61,476 bases of DNA from a virus (Duplodnaviria > Caudoviricetes): IMG/VR virus record IMGVR_UViG_3300031184_000001, positions 1-61,476 of that record; one strand, 5' to 3'. Position numbers and translations under genes: made by a program. A model generated the notes under the pieces. It was not told the DNA's origin. It was given only the letters and a program-made list of their open reading frames with translations, and did no database searches. Of the stretch, positions 1 to 8,200 are shown piece by piece; within the stretch, counting starts at the first letter, position 1; each line of letters starts with the position of its first letter.

Positions 1-127
1 TCCCCCGTCTTCCTCGCGAGGCCGGGTGCGGGCGCAAGCCCAGCGAGAGGAGGCCCCGATCTTCACAGGTCGGGGCTCTCTCTTTGTCCACCGCCTATGG
101 CACCCGTTGGCGCGGGCTATGGCGCGG
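1..127. repeat. Terminal direct repeat, copy 1 (identical to 61350-61476); contig circularisation overlap
   Basis: First 127 nt equal the last 127 nt exactly; 127 is a common assembler k-mer. Confidence 0.95.
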
Positions 128-191
128 ATGGCGCTCGGTGGCGCGGGGGCTGGGCGGGTAAACCGCTGTGAGCGCTCATAAGTAGAGACCG

Positions 192-205
192 AGAACTGCG
201 GTTCT
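192..205. promoter_or_regulatory. Candidate LexA (Cheo-type) SOS box AGAAC-N4-GTTCT
   Basis: AGAACtgcgGTTCT fits GAAC-N4-GTTC, just upstream of the tRNA operon promoter. Confidence 0.4.
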
Positions 206-235
206 CGCAAGTGGTCTCAGCCCGTCTCAGTACGG

Positions 236-244
236 TGCTACAAT
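236..244 (+). promoter_or_regulatory. Extended -10 promoter of the tRNA operon
   Basis: TGcTACAAT ends 7 nt before the first tRNA. Confidence 0.7.
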
Positions 245-250
245 GGCCGT

Positions 251-334
251 GGACGGGTTGGTCGTTGGCTGGCCGCACTCTCTCGAAAAGAGCAGGGGCG
301 AGAGTCCCCGCAGGTTCGATTCCTGTCCCGTCCG
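251..334 (+). tRNA. tRNA-Ser(CGA)
   Basis: Acceptor GGACGGG/CCCGTCC, anticodon loop CT-CGA-AA, long variable arm, GGTTCGATTCC T-arm, G73. Confidence 0.9.
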
Positions 335-335
335 C

Positions 336-410
336 GCTCCCGTAGCCCAACTGGTAGGAGGCGCCTGCCTTAGGAGCAGGACAGTGTCCGTTCGAATCGG
401 ACCGGGAGTA
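336..410 (+). tRNA. tRNA-Leu(TAG) with short variable loop
   Basis: GCTCCCG/CGGGAGT, CCTGC-CTTAGGA-GCAGG, 5-nt variable loop ACAGT, TTCGAAT, A73. Confidence 0.88.
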
Positions 411-412
411 CC

Positions 413-518
413 GTATCTATCCCAGCGACCCCTGATAACTTCGGGGGAACCGTGAACTGGTGAAGGCAGGGGGGTAGAGCCCAGGATCGCCGGGACCACA
501 CTCACGGTGCTCCGGCCA
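413..518 (+). ncRNA. Unknown pseudoknotted RNA inside the tRNA array, ending in CCA
   Basis: TCCCAGCGA/TCGCCGGGA helix crossed by ACCGTGA/TCACGGT; internal CCCC/GGGG hairpin; not a cloverleaf. Confidence 0.45.
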
Positions 519-594
519 GCACCCGTAGGCCAACGGTAGAGCCGCCGTGCTCAAGACACGAGGGTTGGGGGTTCGAATCCCTCCGGGTGCACCA
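519..594 (+). tRNA. tRNA-Leu(CAA) with short variable loop and encoded CCA
   Basis: GCACCCG/CGGGTGC, loop CT-CAA-GA, 5-nt variable loop, TTCGAAT, ACCA end. Confidence 0.9.
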
Positions 595-595
595 G

Positions 596-667
596 GACAG
601 CGTGCCAGAGTGGTTATGGCCCTGACTGCAAATCAGGTGATCGTCGGTTCGATTCCGACCGCTGTCT
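596..667 (+). tRNA. tRNA-Cys(GCA)
   Basis: GACAGCG/CGCTGTC, CCTGA-CTGCAAA-TCAGG, U73 discriminator. Confidence 0.92.
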
Positions 668-670
668 CTC

Positions 671-755
671 GGAGCGTATGCCGATCGGCTAAGGCGCCTC
701 ACTGCTAATGAGGTAAGGGGGCAACTCCCGCCGGGTTCGACTCCCGGGCGCTCCG
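671..755 (+). tRNA. tRNA-Ser(GCT)
   Basis: GGAGCGT/GCGCTCC, CCTCA-CTGCTAA-TGAGG, long variable arm, G73. Confidence 0.92.
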
Positions 756-775
756 CCGCGTATCCTGTCCGTCCG

Positions 776-1336
776 ATGTCCGAGACACCGACCGACACAT
801 CCGAAGCCGGCGCGTGGCTGCCACTCGCCGACGCGGCCCGCTTCTACCGGGTGACCATCCGTACGCTGGATCGGCGCCGGCTCCCGAAGCGGCATCTGGT
901 CGGCCGCCCCGTCGAGGTCTGGGTCGCCGGCGCCACGTCCGACGACGTCTCAGACGATGCTGAGACGCCCCAGGACATCCCGCCGACCGTCGAGGAGCGG
1001 GCCCTTGCCCTGTCCGACAGCGTCTCGGACATCATCAGCCAGCACACCGCTCCGCTCTACGCTCGCATCGAAGTGCTGGCCCGCGAGAATGGCGAATTGG
1101 CCGAGCGTCTGAAGGCGTCCGAGACGCAAGCGGACGCCGACCGACAGCGTCTCAGACAGGAAGTATCATCATTGGACGCGACGGCCAGAGTGTTGGCAGA
1201 GGATGCAGCACGCGCCGACGACCTGGCCCAGCAACTTGCCGAGAGTCAGGCTATCCTCGCCGCCGAGCGCGCGGCACGGGAGGCGGCCGAGCAGCGGTTG
1301 AAGGATCGGCGATGGTGGAACCCGGCGACATGGTAG
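776..1336 (+). CDS. HTH plus coiled-coil DNA-binding protein (pSK1 Par-like architecture)
   Basis: N-terminal MerR/Xis-like HTH (WLPLADAARFYRVTIRTLDRR), long coiled coil, C-terminal RRWW motif, internal DNA repeats. Confidence 0.6.
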   Translation: MSETPTDTSEAGAWLPLADAARFYRVTIRTLDRRRLPKRHLVGRPVEVWVAGATSDDVSDDAETPQDIPPTVEERALALSDSVSDIISQHTAPLYARIEVLARENGELAERLKASETQADADRQRLRQEVSSLDATARVLAEDAARADDLAQQLAESQAILAAERAAREAAEQRLKDRRWWNPATW

Positions 1337-1395
1337 ATCTGGCTTGGAAATCGGTGGCGATCTGCGGTTTAGGGTAGGCAGGAGGATCGATCGCC

Positions 1396-1707
1396 ATGAT
1401 GAGCTTGTACTTCAAGCCCGAAGAGTTGGCCGCGCTGATGAACCACTGCCTGACCCGGATGGCCCAGATCGACGCCGCGCCAAAGCGAGAGCAGCGACGG
1501 CGCAACCTCGAAGAGTTGACGGCGTTCAGTTTCTGGGACTCGCTCTACGTCAAGCTGGAGATGGTATTCAGGGTTCCGGCCTGCGTGTGGTGCGATCCCC
1601 GATCCTGGGATCTGGACGAGTCCGACACCATCCCGGATGAGGGCGATCTGCCGCCGCACGAGCATCTCTTCACGCGAGAGATCGGCAGCACGGTTCCGCC
1701 GGCCTGA
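1396..1707 (+). CDS. Hypothetical protein
   Basis: AGGAGG RBS, phage-like codon usage. Confidence 0.7.
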   Translation: MMSLYFKPEELAALMNHCLTRMAQIDAAPKREQRRRNLEELTAFSFWDSLYVKLEMVFRVPACVWCDPRSWDLDESDTIPDEGDLPPHEHLFTREIGSTVPPA

Positions 1708-1750
1708 CGGGTCGCGCGGGGCCGGCGGCGAGCGTGGTAGAGTTCGGAGT

Positions 1751-2001
1751 AGCGAGTGGCCACGCGATCATGTCGCGGGCGAGAGTTGACGGCCAAACTG
1801 GTGTCGCAAGGTACTGACGCGGCCTATCGCGGAGTAGCCGTCAACGAATCGGCCTACGGTGCCCGGAGCAGCCCGGGAAACACTAAACTCGCTCAGTTCC
1901 TAGCGCACTCGTGGACGTGGTACCATGACCGTGTTGGGTGTGCCATGGGCAGAAGTTCAGGCGCCATGAAGCCCCAGGTCTGCTAGCCTGGGGCTTCTTC
2001 A
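1751..2001 (+). ncRNA. Candidate multi-stem structured RNA with its own promoter and terminator
   Basis: TGgTAGAGT at 1735-1743; closing helix AGCGAGT/ACTCGCT (1751/1893), GTTGACGGC/GCCGTCAAC, GCAA tetraloop hairpin; terminator at 1968-2001. Confidence 0.55.
1968..2001. terminator. Intrinsic terminator hairpin
   Basis: GAAGCCCCAGG-N8-CCTGGGGCTTC followed by TTCAT. Confidence 0.7.
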
Positions 2002-2061
2002 TGTCCAACGCGGATGCATCGCGCTCAGAATCGTGATCGGGTCGACGTAAAGCGGCCCGGC

Positions 2062-2172
2062 TTGACATTCCGGGCGCCGGTCCGGATGATCTCCGGCGCG
2101 CCTGAAGCGGGCGCAGGAAATGAAGAGCCCCACGTCACTTAGCTTTGGCCGGCGAGTGACGCGGGGCAGGAG
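2062..2172 (+). promoter_or_regulatory. Sigma70-type promoter and leader hairpin of the Rep-like gene
   Basis: TTGACA-17-GATGAT; 13-bp stem 2127-2167 abuts the AGGAG RBS. Confidence 0.55.
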
Positions 2173-2180
2173 AACCTTCG

Positions 2181-2711
2181 ATGCAGAATGTATCAGGGTC
2201 CGCCCCGCTGTGTCCAGACCCATTCCCCACCGATTCGCGCTACACCCAGATCCCGAATGGCGTGCACGAACTGGTGGAGAACGCCCGCGAGCTCCAGCTC
2301 GTCGTGCACCTGCTCTCGTTCCGCTGGTACCCGTCCTCGCCGATCATCCCGAGCGTCAAGACGCTGGCAAAGGCGATGAAGTGCTCGGCCAGGACCGTCC
2401 GGCGCACAGCCGAACGGATTGAGTCTCGCGGGCTCCTACAGCGTCAGGAGCGGCTGGCGTGGGACAAGCGCCAGATGTCGAACGAGTACATCCTGTGCGG
2501 CGCGCTGCTGGCGCTGGTGACCGCCGTCGAGGCCAGCCGCGACCAGGAGGCCCGGCCAGAGTGGCAGGGGAGGCGGTCAAACGCGGCCGGCAAAGAAAAC
2601 TCCCGGAACCAAACCAACAGAACGAGACGGAATGAAAGGCGGTACACACCGCCATCGACGGGCGGAGACTTCCTGATGACGAGGTACGGGCCATTGAAGC
2701 CCCGCACCTGA
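2181..2711 (+). CDS. Winged-helix (HTH_36-like) replication initiator-type protein
   Basis: YTQIPN N-terminus, PSVKTLAKAMKCSARTVRR helix-turn-helix, SNEYIL wing. Confidence 0.7.
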   Translation: MQNVSGSAPLCPDPFPTDSRYTQIPNGVHELVENARELQLVVHLLSFRWYPSSPIIPSVKTLAKAMKCSARTVRRTAERIESRGLLQRQERLAWDKRQMSNEYILCGALLALVTAVEASRDQEARPEWQGRRSNAAGKENSRNQTNRTRRNERRYTPPSTGGDFLMTRYGPLKPRT

Positions 2712-2849
2712 CGCCGCAGCCCGGCTTCCGGCCGCGAGGTGCAACACGGGTGAAAAAGACCGAGACGCCGGCAAAACTGGGGATTTCTCCACACGCGCCG
2801 CCGAGGGCGTGGCGTTACGATGGAGATACTGGGGGGAGTGCGCTCGTCG

Positions 2850-3158
2850 TCAGGCTGACGAGGCGATGGCTGGCCGCAGATCCGTCTCCGATGACCCCAT
2901 AGCGAGGGCCGTGGCCATCGCGCAGACCGGGGCGTAGCAGATACGCACGCCCCGGTCTGGGGTGTGCGCGGTCCGCAAATGGAGCACAACCCTCGCCACG
3001 TCTGACGCGCCGATGCGTCGAGCCAGCGTAACCTGATGGCACCGCGCGGTCATCGTGACGGTGCCCACCAGGGCCGGTGGGTAGTCGCAGCGGATCAGGT
3101 TGAGCGGGCTGCCGTTGCCGTCATGGCCTCGGCCGATATCAAGAATCGACGAGCTCAT
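2850..3158 (-). CDS. Hypothetical protein downstream of the repressor
   Basis: GGGAG-preceded ATG, co-oriented with the repressor; start uncertain. Confidence 0.4.
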   Translation of the reverse strand: MSSSILDIGRGHDGNGSPLNLIRCDYPPALVGTVTMTARCHQVTLARRIGASDVARVVLHLRTAHTPDRGVRICYAPVCAMATALAMGSSETDLRPAIASSA

Positions 3159-3313
3159 CCCACTCCCCCGATCTGCGTTGACCCTGGCTCTCTTCGTAGC
3201 CTCCACGGTACTCGTGTGGCGCGAGTGCGTCAACAATGTCGTGACGGATACCACTACGCGTGGTTCCGTCAAGATAGTGCGCCAGCGGGGCTCCGGGCGT
3301 TCGTTGCCCGGTG

Positions 3314-3820
3314 TTATCCCGTGCGCGTAAAGCGGATCTGTGAGCGGTCTTCATCGATCGCCCGTCCGCTCTCTTGGATGAGCATGTCCTGATCGCGCGC
3401 AGCAAGGCGACGGAGCGCGTCAACCACGGCCTTCTGGGCGAACTGTGGCGCGCTGACATGCTCTTGATAGGTCTGATCGGCGAATGCCGCGTCGTGCGGC
3501 CATACCCGATGTAGCTCGGCCTGGAAATCCCAGGCGGGGTCGTCTGGCATATCGAAGGCGCCCGTCATCTGCGCCGGCTTCGAGGGCTCCAACACGGCAT
3601 CGAGAAACTCTTGCTCCGAGATACCAAACGCGGCCGCCCACTCCGGCACGCGATCGAAGCGAATCACGGATACGCCGCGCTCATACAGATCGTAGGTCTG
3701 TGTCGATCCGAATGAGAGCGCATCAATCAGCACGCCCTTGCTCAGGTCCAGACGCTCCCTGAGCTCTCGCAGGCGCTTGCCCTGCTCTCGCGTGCGATCT
3801 GTCGCCGTGACCACTGCCAC
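3314..3820 (-). CDS. XRE-family cI-like repressor
   Basis: GKRLRELRERLDLS...YDLYERG XRE HTH; divergent from the long rightward operon. Confidence 0.8.
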   Translation of the reverse strand: MAVVTATDRTREQGKRLRELRERLDLSKGVLIDALSFGSTQTYDLYERGVSVIRFDRVPEWAAAFGISEQEFLDAVLEPSKPAQMTGAFDMPDDPAWDFQAELHRVWPHDAAFADQTYQEHVSAPQFAQKAVVDALRRLAARDQDMLIQESGRAIDEDRSQIRFTRTG

Positions 3821-3940
3821 GTATCTCTCCCTAGGGTTCCTGTTCCAAGTCTATATGACATGACTTGACATCGCTGCAAAGAGTTCCGATAATACAGAAG
3901 CCGGTAGGATCTCTACCGAGGATCACGCGGGAGAGATACA
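3821..3940. promoter_or_regulatory. Divergent immunity control region
   Basis: TTGACA at 3865, TACAAT before 3941, imperfect palindrome CGGTAG-N5-CTACCG at 3902-3918. Confidence 0.55.
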
Positions 3941-4123
3941 ATGGCGGGTACTCCGGCACGAGACCGGAAGCCGATGGGGATCGAGCTCGACGTGACCGTG
4001 CATGCCGAAGCGGAGCGCATTGCCAGCGTGACCCCCCTCAACAAGTCCGACGTGCTGCGCCTCGCGATCGACGCGGGCCTGCCCATCGTGGCTCGGCGGC
4101 TGGCTGCTGAGGCCTCTCGATGA
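3941..4123 (+). CDS. Cro-position small DNA-binding protein (ribbon-helix-helix-like)
   Basis: NKSDVLRLAIDAGL helix; first gene opposite the repressor. Confidence 0.6.
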   Translation: MAGTPARDRKPMGIELDVTVHAEAERIASVTPLNKSDVLRLAIDAGLPIVARRLAAEASR

Positions 4124-4163
4124 CCGCCCCACACGCTGCCGAGCGCCGCTCCGGGAGGCCGCT

Positions 4164-4343
4164 GTGAACACCAAGGTGATCGCGGAGGCCCGCGCGGAGG
4201 CTGAGCGCTTCCTGCGCCGACTGAACGAGATGGACGCCTGCACCAAGCACCGCAGTTCGTACGACGCCTGCCCGTCCCGTGCAGCTGTCAAGCGTGCCTC
4301 GCTCGATCTGACGCGGGCACTCGCGAATCTGAGGCGACCATGA
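4164..4343 (+). CDS. 59-aa hypothetical phage protein (below the ORF-track cutoff)
   Basis: GGGAGG RBS, MNTKVIAEARAEAERF...AAVKRASLDLTRALANLRRP, ATGA overlap with the next gene. Confidence 0.7.
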   Translation: MNTKVIAEARAEAERFLRRLNEMDACTKHRSSYDACPSRAAVKRASLDLTRALANLRRP

Positions 4344-5299
4344 CCGCCGGGCGCCGCGCCGTGGGCGGTGGGGCGACCGGGCAGCAGCATGTCGCCACGT
4401 TCAGCGGCGGCGTTGGTAGTTGGGCGGCCGCACGCCGAGTTGCCGAGCGGCACGGCACCGACAACCTGACACTCCTGTTCACGGACACGCTGATCGAGGA
4501 CACCGACCTCTACCGCTTCCTGATCGAGGCGGCCTGCAACGTATTCGACGTGCCGGCCCCGGCCGATCTCGTGAAGGCCGCGCTGGCAATGCCCGAGTTT
4601 CACGAGGACGAAGCCGGCCGTGTCGCTGCGCTAACCGACCTCCGCGAGCGCACGAAGGAGCGGTTGCCGTTCCTGGCGTGGATCGCCGAGGGCCGCGACC
4701 CGTGGACGATCTTCTTCGCCGAGCGGTTCCTCGGTAACTCCAGAGCAGACCCGTGCTCGAAGATCTTGAAGCGGCAAGCCATCGATTGCTGGCTTGCCGC
4801 TTCAAGATCTTCGAGCACCACGGCCGTCTACGTCGGGATCGACTGGTCAGAGAAACATCGCTTCACCGGACTCCGTGACCGTCGTCTGGTCGATGGCTGG
4901 CGCTACGAAGCGCCGCTCTGTGAGCCGCCATTCCTGACCAAGGTTGACATCTACGGCGCGTTGCGAGCGCACGGCATCCGCCGACCTCGGCTGTACACGC
5001 TGGGACTCTCCCACAACAACTGTGGGGGCGGCTGCATCAAGGCTGGTCAGGGCCACTGGGTGCGGGTCTATCACGCGCTGCCGGCGGTGTTCGCGTGGTG
5101 GGAAGCCAAGGAGCAGGCGATTCGCGAGTACCTCGGCAAGCCCGTCTCGATCCTGACCGACCGCTCGGGTGACGGCAAGAAGAAGCCGCTGACGCTGGCT
5201 GACTTGCGCCAGCGGATCGAACGCGGCGCCCAGGTCGATATGTTCGACGTCGGTGGCTGCGGCTGCTTCTCTGATGATGCACCCGAGGCCGCTTCATGA
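4340..5299 (+). CDS. PAPS-reductase-family (PP-loop, Cys-cluster) phage protein
   Basis: ATFSGGVGSW PP-loop, CSKILK, HNNCGGGCIKAG, C-terminal GGCGCF. Confidence 0.8.
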   Translation: MTAGRRAVGGGATGQQHVATFSGGVGSWAAARRVAERHGTDNLTLLFTDTLIEDTDLYRFLIEAACNVFDVPAPADLVKAALAMPEFHEDEAGRVAALTDLRERTKERLPFLAWIAEGRDPWTIFFAERFLGNSRADPCSKILKRQAIDCWLAASRSSSTTAVYVGIDWSEKHRFTGLRDRRLVDGWRYEAPLCEPPFLTKVDIYGALRAHGIRRPRLYTLGLSHNNCGGGCIKAGQGHWVRVYHALPAVFAWWEAKEQAIREYLGKPVSILTDRSGDGKKKPLTLADLRQRIERGAQVDMFDVGGCGCFSDDAPEAAS

Positions 5300-8200
5300 C
5301 CCCCGCTGCCCCCGCCCGCACGGGTCGGCCGATGCAGGCCGTCGACCTCGTCTATCGGGATCATCGGTACAGGATCGTTGAGCCGAACCGCGAGAACGGC
5401 GCGAGCGTCCGCGCGGCCGGGGATCACGTCATCTGTGCTGGCTGCTTCAAGAAGATCGCCCCGACCACGAAGCGCCTCGCCGATGGCCACGGTCTCGATC
5501 CGCACTGCCTCAAGTGCGCCATCAGCACGGGAATGCTGGTCCACATGCCGGCCTGCATCGAGGACGACCAGGCGCAGCTCGAAGAGATCGAGCGCCAGAT
5601 CCGTGAGCACGCGCAAGGAACCGAGAGCGCCGAATCTCGGGAGCACGACGAAAGGAACGCCGATGCGCGGACCCCCGACCACCGCAGTCCTGATCTTCGA
5701 TTGCATGCAGATGGTGATGATCCCCGGCTAGTCGGCCCGAACGTCGGCGACCTATGCGAGCGGCGGGGTGCTGACGGTACGGGACTAGCGTCGGCGCCCC
5801 GTCTGACATCCGCAGACACGCAGACACCCTGAGCCGTCAGAGCCCAGGGCGTCGAGAGAGGACCGTAGATTGTGACCGACGAACGATCCCCCGCTGAGAC
5901 CATCGTACCAGACCCGGAAGAGGCGCGGCACTACCCCGCGCTGGGTGCCTTGCGGATTCTCAAGGCGCACCTTGCTAGTTGGTACGACGTCTGGGACCAG
6001 GACATCGCGATCGTCGTTACCCTGCCGAATGGCGAGACGATCGATCTGCCGATCGCTGACGACGAGACACGCGACGCCTACCGCCGCAGTTGTGAGCGCG
6101 TTGCGGATATGGCCGCGCTGGTCGATGAAGTGAACGCCGCAGCATCGGAGCCACGAGGGTGAGCGCCGAGCGCGTGGGCATGGTCCCTGACTCGGAGCCG
6201 CCGGCGCGGGCCATCTGGGGCATCTACATCGGAGCCCCGGCCTACTTCATCGACGGCAAGATGTTCGCCCATACCGTTGGCCCGACCACGGAGCACGTGC
6301 TGGTCTACCTGCACGACGATGGCGCTCGCGAGATCACGGGCGAGTTTGTCGCCCCGTCGTTGGCTATCGCGCGGTACTTGATCGAGGAAGAGGCTGCTGC
6401 GTGCCTCGCCGAAGAATGTGAGCAAAGCAACCACCTGACGATCACGGGGGCTCGACTCGTTACTGTCGCCCTTCTCGGCGTGGTCTTCGTGGGGTTGCTG
6501 CTGCTGCTGATCTTTAGCCCGATGTGGCTACCGCTGGTGGTGCAGCCATGACGCCCGCCCAGGACGCGGCGCGCCTGGCGGGGGCGGTGGTGACTGTCGG
6601 GCAGCGCATCTCCGAGCATGGTGCCAAGGTTGCCGCCGGCAAGCTACGCATCACGGTCGCAGCGTATCGCCAGCACGAGGCGAATGGTGAGGCGTGGTGC
6701 ACAGGACATCAGGACTGGCACAGCCGCACGGCGTTCCACGTACAGGTGAGTCGACCGAATGGCCTCCAGACGCTCTGTCGTCAGGCCAGGAGTGAGCTCG
6801 ACGCTGAGCGGCGGGTCTACGTGCTGGCCACCGACCACCAGCGGCGCATCGACGGCATCACCTACGCCGGCCCCGCCTTCGCAAGGCGCCGGCACTCTCC
6901 TCCGACTCCCGAGGGCGCCGCGTCGGTGACAAGTGTTGGGCCACAGAGTTTGACGATTGGCGAGATTGGGCATGGTCTCGATGACGCCGCCGGCGCTCTA
7001 TCCCAGCATCTTGTGTCCAGCACCGACGCGGTCCCTTCGGGCCACATCTACCACCCAGCATCCGCCCTGACCGCGCAGCAGTTGCGGCAGGCCGCTGCCA
7101 CTGCCGATCTGCTCGGCGTCCCCGTGGGCGTGCTTGGGCGGAAGGCGGTGGCATCGTGACGGTACCTACCTGTCGCGCCTGCCCCACGTCGCTCAAGCCG
7201 ACCCAGGGGGCGTACTGCTCGCTGGCGTGCTGTCGCATGGACAGGCGACCGCTCCCGCGCGCGTGCAGTGCATGCGGCGTCACGTTCTCTCCGCAGCGCA
7301 CATCGAAGCGCTGCTGCTCGGCAGCCTGCGCCGCTACCTTCGCGGGACGACGACGTCGCCCGTGTCGTGCCTGTGGGGCGGCGTTCATCCCTGAGCCTCG
7401 CTGGCGCCGATGCTGCTCGCAGCGTTGCGCGAATGAGCGGAGGGGTCACGGTGAGACGACGCGTTTTCGACTCAGCCGTCGCCTGCGCGAGGTCGTCGCC
7501 CTTTTCGCGGCAACCGGTGAGCAGTGGCTCACGATGAGCGACATCGCCATCTGGATCTACGGCGACGACGGCCTACACGAGCGCAGCGCCGTGCGCATAG
7601 GCCTGTGCCGCCTCCGGCAGTCCGGCTACCGCATCGAACAGCGGGCCGCGACCTGGGACTGGGGTGCTCGTGGCAGGGTGCTGGCCTACCGCCTGATCTC
7701 TGAGCCTGAAGCGGGCGAGCGGAGGGCAGCATGACCGCGTCGACATCGCGCAAGCCTCCAGCCGACCACGTCAAGTTGCCCGAATTGAAGCTCTCGGACT
7801 GGAGCCGTCAGCTTCGCTGGTGGAAGCCCGAGGCCGGCATTCCGCGACGCTGCCCGACGTGCAGCGCGCGGCTGATGGTGGACCCGCCACTCTGGGAGCG
7901 ATGGGGACGGGTGTACTGCGGCATCGACAGCGGCTGTGGGCGCGAGTACGCCTGGGTGTCAGCGGTCGGGTGGAACCTATGACCGCCCGACACGACCTCT
8001 GCTACGGGCCGATGAAGCCAGCCCCGGTCCGGCACGCCTTCGGAGACATCTGCCGCGACTCGTCCTGTGCGACGTGCGCCATTTGGCAGCGACCGAACGA
8101 GACGCGCGACCAGTGGCAGACCCGGGTCCGCGAGATGTTCGACGCCGCGCCTTTTCAGCATGAACGGGAGAGCGTCGCATGACCGACCGTCCCACCGACC

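Noticed and set aside
1-127. Biological direct terminal repeat
   Set aside because: It is exactly 127 nt, a standard assembler k-mer, and starts inside a structured RNA. Best read as a circularisation overlap.
369-375. Amber suppressor tRNA or stop-codon recoding
   Set aside because: Anticodon TAG reads CTA (Leu); a suppressor would have anticodon CTA. TAG is used as a normal stop in this genome.
430-450. Hammerhead ribozyme core
   Set aside because: CTGATAA breaks the CUGANGA consensus and there is no matching GAAA arm.
1790-1845. c-di-GMP-I (GEMM) riboswitch resemblance (CAAAC..GCAA..GACGC..GGCCTA)
   Set aside because: It lacks the AAAG junction and full second stem, and no gene follows before the terminator. 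Kept only as an unknown RNA.
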